This document shows positions 49,332-59,590 of a DNA stretch of 64,000 nt, one piece after another. The notes beneath the pieces were generated by a model. That model saw only the letters and a program-made list of their open reading frames with translations. It was not told the DNA's origin and made no database searches. The stretch's first letter is position 1, and every line of letters begins with the position of its first letter. Origin of the DNA: Planctomycetota bacterium (GTDB taxonomy: Bacteria > Planctomycetota > UBA1135 > UBA2386); contig JBKAGP010000001.1 in assembly GCA_046290465.1 (NCBI GenBank), forward strand, positions 1,472,001-1,536,000, written 5' to 3'. A program made the translations under genes and the position numbers.

Positions 49332-51761
49332 ATGAACGGGTCGACGTGCGCGTTCCTGCTTCTGGCGACGGCGATGGCGACGGCCGCGGTCGCGCAGCAG
49401 GACCTCCCCCGACGGATCGTGCGCGGCCACGTGGTCGACGAGACCGGCGCCGCGATCGCCGGCTGCGCGGTCGCGCTGCTCGACCGCGCCGAGGCGGTCG
49501 ACGTGCGCGCGATGCTGCGCAAGCCGACGCACACCACCGACGACGACGGTCGCTTCGAACTGATCGTGCCGGCCGGGCGCTACCGCGCCAACGTGCTGCT
49601 GCTGGCCGGGCGCGGCCGGCAGGCAGCGGCGCGCACGCTGCCCTATTCGCAAGAGGCGCGCGTCGACCTCGGCCAGTTCGTGCTGCCGCCGGCCGCGACG
49701 CTGGTCGGACGCGTGCGCGACGCGGCCGGCGAACCGCTTTGCGGGGTGCAGGTCTCGGTGACCGACGCCGTGCAGACGACCTGGAACGACCAGCACCATC
49801 CGCGCTCGGGTGGGGTCAGCAACCAACAGGGCATCTTCCAGGTCCCGTGTGTGCCGCGCACCGGACTGCTGCTGACGGTCATGAAGGACGGCTACGCGAC
49901 CCGCGAACTGCTGGCGTCGCACGACTCGCCGCTGACGCTGACGATGCAGCCGGCGTCGCTCGCGCGCGGCCGCCTGCTGACGGCCGACGGCGAGCCGCTC
50001 GCTGACGCCAACCTGACGATCCAGCACGAGGGCCCGCGGACCCGCAACCTGCCGATCCGGCGCACCGACCGCGACGGGTCGTTCGCGGTCACCGTGCCGG
50101 CCGCACCAGAGCGCTACCGGATCACCGCTACCGAGGCGCAGAAGCCCCACCGCCGCTTCGAGTCCGACCTGCTGCGCGGCGGCCGAGACGACGTGACGTT
50201 CACCGAGATCGTCGATGCCCAGGAGACGGGCCAGGAACTGATCGTGCGCGTCGTCGACAAGGCCACCGGCGAGCCGCTCGACCGCCTGTCGGTCGCCACC
50301 ACCGGCATCGACAACGCCAGCCTGCAGGTGGCGATGTTCCACGCCGACCACTCGTGGCGGGACTACCGGCAGGAGGCGCGCATCCCACTGCGCACCCACG
50401 GCATCAAGACGCTGCTGATCCGCGCGCCCGGCCACGCGTTCGAACGCGTGACGATGCCCGAGAAGATCGACGAACCGCTGGTCGTCGAGCTGGGCCCGGA
50501 GGCCGTGCTGCAGGGACGCGTCGTCGACGAGGCCGGCGCGCCGGTCGTCGGCGTCGCGGTGCGCGCGCTGCCCGACGGCAACAGCACCGGCAGCAGCGGT
50601 TCGATCGGCGAGCACTGGCCGCGCACCGACGCGCAGGGCCGCTACCGCATCGGCAGCCTGCAGCCCGGCAAGTACGGCGTGCAGGTCTATCCCGAGCAAT
50701 GGCCGGCCAGCGACGTGTTCGCCGCCGAGGTGCGCGTCGAGCAACCCACGACGCTCGACCTGACGATCCCGGTGCAACGACGACTGACCGTCGAGATCGT
50801 CGGCGACCTGCCCGACGGCCCGCTGCCGACGCTGCGTGCGTCGCGGTTCCAGCAGCGCGGCGGCCGCAACGCGGGCTTCCGCCACTCGGTGACGCCGCCG
50901 CAGCCGCGCCCGCTGCGCGCCGACGAGCGCACGTTCGCGTTCGGTCCCGCGGTCGACGACCGCGCCTCGTTCGAGCTGTTCGTGCCGTCCCGTACGCGGG
51001 TCGGTGCTGGCACGACGCTGCATCTCGAAGGCATCGAGGTCGACGACGGCAAGGCGCGGCTCGAACTGCCGGACCTGCAGCGACACCTGGTGCGCGGCCG
51101 CATCCGCGTCGACGGCGCGCTGCCGACCGCGCGCTTGGCGGTGCTGGCCGTGCGCGACGAGGAGAGCGGCCCGTTCCGCGTGTTCCGCAACGACAAGAGC
51201 ACCGTCGGCGTGTTCGGGGACGGCACCTTCCAGATCGACCTGCCGCCGGGCACCTACTGCATCCAGCTCGTCGACGTGACCACCGGCATCGTGTTCCACA
51301 CCGAAGCCACCGACCTCGAGGTCGGCGGGGAGACCGGCGAGCTGACGCTGAAGCCGGAGCTGCACTGGCTCGAGGTCGTGCTGCAGGACGAGGACGGTGC
51401 CGCCGCGCGCACGCACAGCTTCGTGGTGACGCTCGACCGGCCGCGCGGCGGCGAGCAGGGCGCGTTCCTGCGCAGCCATCGACGGCGCAACCAACGCGAC
51501 ACGCAGACCGTGCACGTCTACGGCGAGGCAACGCGGCATCGCTGGCTGGTGCCCGCGGGCCAGCTCGACCTCGACGTCAACCTGATGCGCAGCGCGCTGC
51601 AGCGCGGCCAGCGCTACTACAGCACGACCAAGGTCACCGGCGAGGTGCTCGACATCCAAAGGCCCGAGCACCGCATCGTCGTCGAGGTGCCGCGCGCGCC
51701 GACGGACGCGCAGCTCGAGAAGCCCGCTGACGGCACGCCGTGGGAGGACTTCGGCAAGTAG
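49332..51761 (+). CDS. Secreted protein with carboxypeptidase-regulatory-like beta repeats
   Basis: Repeated 'GxVxDxxGxP' and 'TDxxGxF' motifs, signal peptide. Confidence 0.8.
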   Translation: MNGSTCAFLLLATAMATAAVAQQDLPRRIVRGHVVDETGAAIAGCAVALLDRAEAVDVRAMLRKPTHTTDDDGRFELIVPAGRYRANVLLLAGRGRQAAARTLPYSQEARVDLGQFVLPPAATLVGRVRDAAGEPLCGVQVSVTDAVQTTWNDQHHPRSGGVSNQQGIFQVPCVPRTGLLLTVMKDGYATRELLASHDSPLTLTMQPASLARGRLLTADGEPLADANLTIQHEGPRTRNLPIRRTDRDGSFAVTVPAAPERYRITATEAQKPHRRFESDLLRGGRDDVTFTEIVDAQETGQELIVRVVDKATGEPLDRLSVATTGIDNASLQVAMFHADHSWRDYRQEARIPLRTHGIKTLLIRAPGHAFERVTMPEKIDEPLVVELGPEAVLQGRVVDEAGAPVVGVAVRALPDGNSTGSSGSIGEHWPRTDAQGRYRIGSLQPGKYGVQVYPEQWPASDVFAAEVRVEQPTTLDLTIPVQRRLTVEIVGDLPDGPLPTLRASRFQQRGGRNAGFRHSVTPPQPRPLRADERTFAFGPAVDDRASFELFVPSRTRVGAGTTLHLEGIEVDDGKARLELPDLQRHLVRGRIRVDGALPTARLAVLAVRDEESGPFRVFRNDKSTVGVFGDGTFQIDLPPGTYCIQLVDVTTGIVFHTEATDLEVGGETGELTLKPELHWLEVVLQDEDGAAARTHSFVVTLDRPRGGEQGAFLRSHRRRNQRDTQTVHVYGEATRHRWLVPAGQLDLDVNLMRSALQRGQRYYSTTKVTGEVLDIQRPEHRIVVEVPRAPTDAQLEKPADGTPWEDFGK

Positions 51762-51767
51762 CAGCGC

Positions 51768-53444
51768 TCAGCGGCGCACGGCCTCGGCCAGCAGCTGGCC
51801 GAGCCACACCACCGCGGCGGTGTCGAACACCAGTTGCCGATCCTGCGGCGGCGGCTCGAACGCCTCGACGTGCTGCATGTGCGGATCCGCCGCGCACAGC
51901 TCGCGCACCATCGCCACCGGGTCGACGCCGTTGACGTCGCGATGGTCGGTCGGCCGCTGCTGGCTGACGACCCAGCGCAGCTCGGGCATGCCGAGGTCGC
52001 GGCGCAGCTGCGCTGCGAGCTCGCCGAGCCACTTCGCCGCCTGCCGGCGGTGCGGGGTCCACGACATGTCGTTCTCGCCGAGGTGGTAGACGATCGCGCG
52101 CAGCCGGACCTCGTGGCCGCGCCGTTCGAGGTCCTGCACCGACTCCTTCACGAACGCGAGGAACCGCGGGTAGAGGTTGCGCGCCTTCGCGACGCTGCCG
52201 TCCGGGGCCCAGTCGACGATCTGGGAGCCGCTGTGGGTGAACTTGGCGATCGCGAACGGACCTGCGCGCTGCTCGTGCAGCGCGTGTGCGAACGACACCT
52301 CGGGACCGAACGTGTCGAACGGACCGGCGACGCCGAGCGGCTCCCAGCCGTTCGAGATCGCGGCGCCGCCGCCGACGTCGTAGCGGAACGCGACCTGGCC
52401 GAGGTCCCGGCGCAGGGCCTTGCCGCCCTTCACGTCGCCGAGCTGCTGCACGAACGCGCGTTCGCCCTCCATGTTGCGGTGGCCGGCGAGCACGTAGAGG
52501 TCGACCGGCTTGCCGCTTGCATACGGCCACCGCGTCAGCTTGCGCTCCCGCCCCGGCAGCGCGTCGACGTTGCGCAGGTAGGCGTCGGCGTAGCACTCGC
52601 CGTGCTCGAGCTGGCCGAGCGTGCCGTAGTGGTAGTGCAGGCCGACCCCGCCACCGATCTCGACGCCGATGTGCGCGTTGCGCACGTACTGGGCGAGCGG
52701 GTCCGCATCGGTGGCCGCCCGCTGGCCGATGGCGATGTCGTTCATGCGCGGCCGCAGGTCCATGCCCCAGATCGTCTTGGTGCACAGCTCGCCGACGTAG
52801 AAGCGCAGCGCCGGCGCATCGAGGTCGCGACGCCAGCGCGCCATGAAGGCCTTCAGGTTGTCGCCGTAGGCAGCCCGGAAGCCCTCGTCGAACATGTCGT
52901 TCTCGCCCTGGTGCCAGACGAAGCCCTCGAGCCGCCATCGCACGCGCTGCCGGTCGAGCGCCCGCAGCGCCCGCTGCACGTGGTCGAGCGCCAGCGGGTA
53001 GAGCTCGAAGCCCTGCGGTTCCTCGGGGTTCCAGTCCGCGCCGAGCGTCGTGCCGCCCGCGGCCACCTTGATGATCGCGATCGGTGCGCGGATGTTGGCG
53101 GTCACCTTGCGGGCGAAGCTCAGCTCCGGCCCCACCATCCCGCGCGCCGGTCGCAGCGCGGTCCAGCCGTCGGATGCCTGCTTGTTCTCGCGGCCCAGGC
53201 AGTACCAGAACCGCACCTTCGGCTGCGGCTCGCCCAGGCCGGAGAACGGCGGGAAGCGCTCGATGTCGGCGACCTTGGAGTCGGCGCCCTCCATGTTGGA
53301 CTGGCCGGCGAACACGAACACGCGCAGCGTGCGGTCGTCGCGCTGCGCCAGCGCGCACGTCGCACCGAGCAGCAGCACCAGCAGGATCGTCGCCAGCCGA
53401 CTCGTCGCCAGCCGACTCGTCGGCATGGTCATCAGCGTGGTCAT
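51768..53444 (-). CDS. Sialate O-acetylesterase-like (SASA/DUF303) protein with two domains
   Basis: 'FAGQSNMEG', 'WHQGEND'; second copy 'LAGHRNMEG', 'YHLGEND'. Confidence 0.85.
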   Translation of the reverse strand: MTTLMTMPTSRLATSRLATILLVLLLGATCALAQRDDRTLRVFVFAGQSNMEGADSKVADIERFPPFSGLGEPQPKVRFWYCLGRENKQASDGWTALRPARGMVGPELSFARKVTANIRAPIAIIKVAAGGTTLGADWNPEEPQGFELYPLALDHVQRALRALDRQRVRWRLEGFVWHQGENDMFDEGFRAAYGDNLKAFMARWRRDLDAPALRFYVGELCTKTIWGMDLRPRMNDIAIGQRAATDADPLAQYVRNAHIGVEIGGGVGLHYHYGTLGQLEHGECYADAYLRNVDALPGRERKLTRWPYASGKPVDLYVLAGHRNMEGERAFVQQLGDVKGGKALRRDLGQVAFRYDVGGGAAISNGWEPLGVAGPFDTFGPEVSFAHALHEQRAGPFAIAKFTHSGSQIVDWAPDGSVAKARNLYPRFLAFVKESVQDLERRGHEVRLRAIVYHLGENDMSWTPHRRQAAKWLGELAAQLRRDLGMPELRWVVSQQRPTDHRDVNGVDPVAMVRELCAADPHMQHVEAFEPPPQDRQLVFDTAAVVWLGQLLAEAVRR

Positions 53445-56400
53445 CACTTCGCCTCCGGCATGCGGTGGATGGTGCCGTGTATGGTCGCGCGCAGCGGTGC
53501 GCCCTCGGCCGTGTCGAGGTCGACCTTGACCTCCAGGCACATGGTCGCTTCGAGGTCGGGGATCTTCAGCAGCACGGTGCGACCGTCGGCCGACCGCGTC
53601 GCCGCGGCGACCGCCAGCGCCCGTTCGTCGACGTGCTTGCTGCCGTAGCTCTTGCTGCGCCGCAGCTGCCACGTGCGCACCCCGAAGCTCTGCGGATCGG
53701 CCGCCAGCTCCTCGTCGACCGCACAGCCGAAGGTCAGCTCGAGGCCGCCGGGCACGGCGTGCATCGCGACCGGCACCGCCACCGGCGCACCGGTGTAGCG
53801 CACCCGGTAGAAGCCTCCCGGTCGCGTGCGCGCACCCGACCAGCCGTAGAGGCCGCAGCAATAGAGCTGGCCGTTGCCCGGGTGGAACCGGCCGCGCATC
53901 ACGCCGGTCGCAAACGGGCCGAACGGCAGCGCGACCATCGCGCCCTGGTGGCGGCCGTCGACCTCGTCCTCCAGCACCAAGAACACCCGCCCCATGCCGT
54001 ACGACACCTCGAGCAGCGCGTTGTCGGGCAGCCCCCACCGATCCCCGCGCACCCGCACCAACTCGGCCGGCGAGCGGTCGAACGCGTTGGTGATCCAGCA
54101 CAGCGGCTGCTGCATGTCCTCGTCGGCGGTCGAGGTGCGGTCGTGGTAGCCCATCATGTTGCCGTAGAAGCCACCCTCGACGACCCGGTTGATGCGGTTC
54201 TTCGGCGTCCAGTGGCCCTCCTGGTCGGTCACGTAGAACGAGCCGTCGCCGTTGATGCAGACGCCGTTGGCGGCGCGGAAGCCGTTGGCGACGATCGTCG
54301 TCCTGCTGCCGTCCTTCGACACCCTTAGCAACGTGCCGTGGTGCGGCACCAGCGCGGTCTTGGCGTGGCGCGCCGACTTGGCGTAGTAGAAGTTGCCGTC
54401 CGCGTCGGTCTGCAGGCCCATCGCGAACTCGTGGAAGTGTTCGGTGACCTGATGGTCGTTGTTGAAGCAGCGGTAGTGGTCCGCCTCGCCGTCGCCGTTG
54501 GTGTCCTCGAGCACGCAGATCTGGTCGCGGCACGCGACGTAGATGGTCTCGTCAACGATGCGCACGCCGAGCGGCTGGAACAGCCCCGCCGCGAACCGAC
54601 GCCAGGTCAGCGGTCCCTGCTTGCGGTCGATGCCGGAGACGATCCAGACGTCGCCGTTCCAGGTCGAGACCGCCGCCCGACGGCCATCGGCGAAGAAGTC
54701 GAACGCACCGAGCCGCATCCAGCTGCGATACGGATTGCGGTCGGTGTCGGGCAGCGCGAACTCGTCGACGACCCAGATGCCGTCGTCGCCGCCGGCGCGA
54801 ACCTGCGAACGGGCGGTCTGCTGCCACCTGGACGTGGGCGGCGCCGACATGCGTGCGAGTTCGTCCTCGAGGGACCTGGCGATGCCCGACGTCACGCTAC
54901 CGACGCCGTGCAGGCTGCCGAGGAACACCTGCAGGCCGACCTCTTCGTCCCCGGGGCCCAGGATCAGCACGTGGTGGCCGTCGACCACGTCGACCTCGGC
55001 ACGACGCGTGCCGGTCCTGCTGCGCAGCAGCACGTGCTCGACGGCGCCGGGCTTCGCCGCCGGCCCCGACACCGCGTGCGGGCTGCCCTTGGGACCGATG
55101 CGCATGCGCAGTTCGTGCCGGCTCGGCGCGACCGACAGCGTGCGCACGAACACGAACCTGCCGTTGTGCTCCAGCGCGCTGGGCAACTCCCGCACCCGCG
55201 CACCGCCGACCTCGTACTCGAGCATGGTGCGCCCGCCGACCTTGCGGCTGCCGAGGAACCGCCCCCATTCGCGCGCGATCGGCCCGAACCGACGACCGTC
55301 GCGGCCGACCAACCGTTGGTCCGAGAAGTCGCCGGTGCCCGGCCGCGCCCAGCCGGGACCGAGTTCGTTGCGCACCTCGATGTCGCCGACGATGCTGGCG
55401 TGCGAGTTGTGCGAGCCGTCGAAGGCGACGCCCTTCCAGTCGATGAAGCCCGTGCCGCTCCACGCCGCCGCCATCGCCAGCGTGTCGAGGTCGTAGACCA
55501 TGAACGCGTAGCCTCGCGACACGCCGCCCTCGCCGCCGTCGAGGCGCACCGCCAGCCCCTTCTGCACGATGTTGCGGTCGTCGCCGACCTGGTAGGTCCA
55601 GTGCAGCGCGTCGCCGTAGTCCATCTTGCGGTAGTCGGGCCAGCGCGAGTCGTCGAGCGCCGAGCGCGGCGCATCGATGCCGACGACGTCGTCGAGCGGC
55701 TCGACCCAGACGTTGGCGAAGCGCACCGCGGCGCAGTCGGCCTGCAGCCGGATCGGCGCCTCGACGACCTTGGCCGCGACCTCGGGCCGTTCGTCGACCG
55801 GCTGCTTCGGCGGCTCCCACCGCAGCGACGGCGCCCCCATGTCGATGACCTCGCCGCGCGTCCACTGCGCGGCCTTGTCCTGCGGCACGTTGTGTTCGAA
55901 CACCGTGACGTCGGAGATCTCGCCGCGGAAGGGCATGCCGAAGTCCGGCGACGCCGCGCCGACCTTGAACACGTGGCCCTCGTCGTCCTCCTTGACGAAG
56001 TCCTCCTTGCGGGCGACCCGTTCGCCGTCGACGAACAGCAGCGCGGTGCCCTCGTCGTCGTGCGTCAGCAGCACGCGGTGCCACTTGCCGTCGTCGTAGC
56101 GCTCGCGGGTCTGCATCTGCCCGACCCAGCCGATGTCGTAGACCAGCCGGCCGCCGCGCAGGAACAGCGCCTTGGCGTCCGGCTGCCACGGCCCGGTCGC
56201 GGGCGACTTGGACGCGATCGTGCCGTTGGCCGTGGACTTGAAGCGCGCCGCGATCGTGAACACGCCGTCGCCGAACCGGAACGAGTTGTCGGGCTTGCGC
56301 GCGTAGCGCACGCCGCCACCGGCGACCGCCGAGCGCGCGCCGGCGGCAGCCGCGCGGAAGCCGTAGGTCGTGCGCTCGCGGACGGTGACCCGGTCGTGGA

Positions 56401-57688
56401 TCCGTTCGCCGTTCCACGACGCACGGATCACCGGGTCGCGGTCCTGCACCTGGCTGAAGTGCACGTCGAGCGCATGCCAGTGCCCCGCTGCCGCCGGCGC
56501 CGCCGCCGCGAGCTGGCCGTAGATCGCGCCGTTGCCGAAGCGGTCGCCGGTCGCACCGGCGATCTCGATCTCGTAACGACCCGCCAGGAACACGCCGCTG
56601 CGACCACCGAACGTGGCCGGCGTCCCCTGCGGGGCGGCCGGCACGTAGACGTCGGCGTGCAGGTGGTAGTTGCCGAACGACGCACGCGTCACGAGGTCGC
56701 CGAAGCCCGGTCGCGCGACCAGGGCGCGGCCGTCGACCTGCCAGCGGGCGCCTTCGTAGGTGGGCCCGCCGGCGGACGTGTCGGCGCGGCGGTCGATGCC
56801 GATCGCCTGCGGCTCGACGCTCGGATCCCAGTGGCGCCACGCCGAGGTGTCGCCGTCGCCGAACAGCACCGTCGCGCGCTCGGGTGCGGCCAGTTCGGGC
56901 GGAGCCGGCGGCGCGGCCGGCACGAACGGCTCGCGCGCGCGTCCGCCCGCGAACGCGCCCGAAGCCGGCACCTCCCTGCCGAGTGCCCACAGCACCGCGT
57001 TGCCGAGCAGGCGCTGGAAGTCGTCGCGCTCGAAGTTCTCGCGGCTGCCGAGCGACGTGTAGAAGATGCGCGACTCGGGCCGGTAGCGGTGGATCCACGC
57101 GACCGGCTCGCACGGCAGTGCGCCGGTGCGGCCGAACAGGATCGGCGTGGCGGCGTCGGCCAGCGGCTGCGCGTTGTAGGTGCCGCCGTGGCCCATCTCG
57201 AAGCTGCGCGCGATGCCCCGCACCAGCGGGTGCAGATCCTGGCGCGGGTCGACCCAGGCGACCGTGCCCTGGCCGTTCGGCGCGTGCGCCTTGTAGTGGC
57301 CGCCGAACAGCGGCGGGAACCAGCCCTTGTCGTTGCGGAACGCGTGGCTGGTCGTGCGCAGCGCGACGCACGGACGGCCGTCGTCGAACCACCGCCGCAA
57401 CCGCGCGAACTGCGCGTCGGTCGCCTCGCGGAAGCGCAGGAACAGCACCAGCAGGTCGGCGTCGCCGAGCGCTGCGAGGTCGGGCAGTTCGTTGCGGCGG
57501 CTCTGCAGCACGGTCGTGCGCAGCGACAGTTCGTCCTCGAGGCGGCTGGCGAACGCGGGCATCGTGCGCTCGGAGCCGTATTCGCGTTCGCCGACCAGGA
57601 ACACGACGTGCGGCTTCCGCTGCTGCGGCTGCTGCGCCGGCAGCAGACCGGCGACGGCGAGGACGACCAGGGCGATCCAGCTTCGCAT
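53444..57688 (-). CDS. Large secreted multidomain protein: ThuA-like + DUF1080 + LamG + beta-propeller-like region
   Basis: 'RIFYTSLG' (ThuA), 'PERATVLF...WRH' and 'PIRLQ..VRFANVW' (DUF1080), 'DDGKWHRV' (LamG), 'DTNGDGEAD', 'EHFHEFAMGL'. Confidence 0.8.
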   Translation of the reverse strand: MRSWIALVVLAVAGLLPAQQPQQRKPHVVFLVGEREYGSERTMPAFASRLEDELSLRTTVLQSRRNELPDLAALGDADLLVLFLRFREATDAQFARLRRWFDDGRPCVALRTTSHAFRNDKGWFPPLFGGHYKAHAPNGQGTVAWVDPRQDLHPLVRGIARSFEMGHGGTYNAQPLADAATPILFGRTGALPCEPVAWIHRYRPESRIFYTSLGSRENFERDDFQRLLGNAVLWALGREVPASGAFAGGRAREPFVPAAPPAPPELAAPERATVLFGDGDTSAWRHWDPSVEPQAIGIDRRADTSAGGPTYEGARWQVDGRALVARPGFGDLVTRASFGNYHLHADVYVPAAPQGTPATFGGRSGVFLAGRYEIEIAGATGDRFGNGAIYGQLAAAAPAAAGHWHALDVHFSQVQDRDPVIRASWNGERIHDRVTVRERTTYGFRAAAAGARSAVAGGGVRYARKPDNSFRFGDGVFTIAARFKSTANGTIASKSPATGPWQPDAKALFLRGGRLVYDIGWVGQMQTRERYDDGKWHRVLLTHDDEGTALLFVDGERVARKEDFVKEDDEGHVFKVGAASPDFGMPFRGEISDVTVFEHNVPQDKAAQWTRGEVIDMGAPSLRWEPPKQPVDERPEVAAKVVEAPIRLQADCAAVRFANVWVEPLDDVVGIDAPRSALDDSRWPDYRKMDYGDALHWTYQVGDDRNIVQKGLAVRLDGGEGGVSRGYAFMVYDLDTLAMAAAWSGTGFIDWKGVAFDGSHNSHASIVGDIEVRNELGPGWARPGTGDFSDQRLVGRDGRRFGPIAREWGRFLGSRKVGGRTMLEYEVGGARVRELPSALEHNGRFVFVRTLSVAPSRHELRMRIGPKGSPHAVSGPAAKPGAVEHVLLRSRTGTRRAEVDVVDGHHVLILGPGDEEVGLQVFLGSLHGVGSVTSGIARSLEDELARMSAPPTSRWQQTARSQVRAGGDDGIWVVDEFALPDTDRNPYRSWMRLGAFDFFADGRRAAVSTWNGDVWIVSGIDRKQGPLTWRRFAAGLFQPLGVRIVDETIYVACRDQICVLEDTNGDGEADHYRCFNNDHQVTEHFHEFAMGLQTDADGNFYYAKSARHAKTALVPHHGTLLRVSKDGSRTTIVANGFRAANGVCINGDGSFYVTDQEGHWTPKNRINRVVEGGFYGNMMGYHDRTSTADEDMQQPLCWITNAFDRSPAELVRVRGDRWGLPDNALLEVSYGMGRVFLVLEDEVDGRHQGAMVALPFGPFATGVMRGRFHPGNGQLYCCGLYGWSGARTRPGGFYRVRYTGAPVAVPVAMHAVPGGLELTFGCAVDEELAADPQSFGVRTWQLRRSKSYGSKHVDERALAVAAATRSADGRTVLLKIPDLEATMCLEVKVDLDTAEGAPLRATIHGTIHRMPEAK

Positions 57689-57726
57689 GTCGAAGAGCGT
57701 AGCCGCACGGCGATCCACCACCTACC

Positions 57727-58743
57727 ATGCCGCCGCCCTCTGCCCTCGTCCCGATGCCCTCCCCCGCACCAGCGCAACCGCTCGGCGTCGCCTTCCTCGG
57801 CGCCGGCGACGTCTCCGAACTGCACGCAGCCGCGGTCGCGTCGTGCGACCGCGCCGTGCTGCGTGGGCTCTGGCACCTCGACCCGGAGTCGGGCCGCCGG
57901 CAGGCCGAGCGCTACGGCTGCCGCAGCTACCCGTCCGCCGAGGCCGCGGTCGGCGATCCGGACGTGCAGTGCGTGTCGGTGCTGACCAACCTGGAGACGC
58001 ACCGGCGGTACGCCGAGCTGGCGATGCGCGCCGGCAAGCACGTGCTGGTCGAGAAGCCGGCCGGCGCGTCGCTCGAGGAGGTCGCGTCGATGCAGCGCTG
58101 CGCCGCCGAGCACGGCGTGCAGTGCGTGCCGGTGCACAACTACGTCTACGAGCCGGCGCTCGAACGCACCCGCACGCTGCTCGACCGCGGCGACCTCGGG
58201 CGGCTGGTCTCGGTGCACGTGCTCTACAACATCCACCACCCCGAGGCGGTCGCGCGGCGCTATCCGGGGGTGATCCGACAGATCATGACCCACCACGCCT
58301 ACGTGCTGCTCTACCTCGCCGGCATGCCGGTGTCGGTGGCGGCGATGCGGGCGACCATCAACGACGACTCGGTCGAGCAGGAGAACCTCGCCGTCGCGAC
58401 GCTGCAGCTGCCCGACGGCGCGATCGCGACCCTGCAGGCGAGCTTCGCCGCCGACGACCACTCCGGCGACCCGTGGACGTTTCTGGTCAAGGTCCTCGGC
58501 ACCAACGGCGCCACCCGGTTCAGCTACCGCGACTGGGTGCAGAACGAGCAGGCGCAGGTGCACTCGCACACGTTCAGCGCCTATCCATTCCATCTCGAAC
58601 GCACCGTGCACCACTTCCTCGACCGCTGCGTGCGCCGCGGCGAGGCGCCGCTGTCCGGCATGCAGCAGGCCTACGACGCGCAGCGCATCGTCGAGGCCGT
58701 CGAGACCTCGGCCGACGAACGACGATTCCTCCAACTGACATGA
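57727..58743 (+). CDS. Gfo/Idh/MocA family oxidoreductase
   Basis: 'VAFLGAG', 'GKHVLVEKP'; start could be 57754. Confidence 0.9.
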   Translation: MPPPSALVPMPSPAPAQPLGVAFLGAGDVSELHAAAVASCDRAVLRGLWHLDPESGRRQAERYGCRSYPSAEAAVGDPDVQCVSVLTNLETHRRYAELAMRAGKHVLVEKPAGASLEEVASMQRCAAEHGVQCVPVHNYVYEPALERTRTLLDRGDLGRLVSVHVLYNIHHPEAVARRYPGVIRQIMTHHAYVLLYLAGMPVSVAAMRATINDDSVEQENLAVATLQLPDGAIATLQASFAADDHSGDPWTFLVKVLGTNGATRFSYRDWVQNEQAQVHSHTFSAYPFHLERTVHHFLDRCVRRGEAPLSGMQQAYDAQRIVEAVETSADERRFLQLT

Positions 58744-59498
58744 GCAAGCACTTCGACCTGTCCGGCCGCGTGGCCGTGATCACCGGCGGCGCCCGCGGCA
58801 TCGGGCTCGCTGCCGCCCAGCGCATGGCCGACGCCGGCGCCGACATCGCGATCGTCGACCGCGACGCCGAAGCGGCGGCCGCGGCCGTCGCCGACATCGA
58901 GGCGCGTGGCCGCAAGGCGATCGCGTGCCCGATCGAGCTGACCGACGAACAGGCCGTGGTCGCGATGACCGACGAGGTCGTCGCCAAGCTCGGCGGCTAC
59001 CACATCCTGGTCTGCGCCGCGGCGATCGTCGGCCGCAACGCGTTTGCGTGGGAGACCACCGCCGAAGAATGGCGCAACGTGATGGAGATCAACACGACCG
59101 CGCTGTGGCTGTGCAACCGTGAGGCGCTGCGACCGATGCGCGCGCAGAACTACGGCCGGATCGTCAACATCGCGTCGATCGCCGGCAAGGAGGGCAACCC
59201 CAAGCTCGGTCCCTACTCGGCGTCCAAGGCCGCGGTGATCGGCATGACCAAGTCGCTCGGCAAGGAGGTCGCCAACACCGGCATCCGCGTCAACTCGGTC
59301 GCGCCTGCCGTGATCCAGACGCCGATGCTCGACCAGGTCAGCCAGGAGACGATCGACTACATGGTCAGCAAGATCCCGGTCGGCCGCACCGGCAAGACCG
59401 AGGAGGTCGCCGCGCTGGTGCACTACCTGGCCAGCGAGGAGTGCGGCTTCTCGACCGGCGCGTGCTTCGACATCTCCGGCGGTCGCGCGACCTACTGA
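58740..59498 (+). CDS. Short-chain dehydrogenase/reductase
   Basis: 'TGGARGIG', 'YSASK', 'DISGGR'; ATGA overlap. Confidence 0.95.
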   Translation: MSKHFDLSGRVAVITGGARGIGLAAAQRMADAGADIAIVDRDAEAAAAAVADIEARGRKAIACPIELTDEQAVVAMTDEVVAKLGGYHILVCAAAIVGRNAFAWETTAEEWRNVMEINTTALWLCNREALRPMRAQNYGRIVNIASIAGKEGNPKLGPYSASKAAVIGMTKSLGKEVANTGIRVNSVAPAVIQTPMLDQVSQETIDYMVSKIPVGRTGKTEEVAALVHYLASEECGFSTGACFDISGGRATY

Positions 59499-59590
59499 GC
59501 GGCGACGGCGCCGACATGCCCATGCCGCGGGCGTCTCGGCGCGGCAGAACGCCCCCTCGTTCTGTCGCGGGTGTGGCTTAGAATCCCGGC

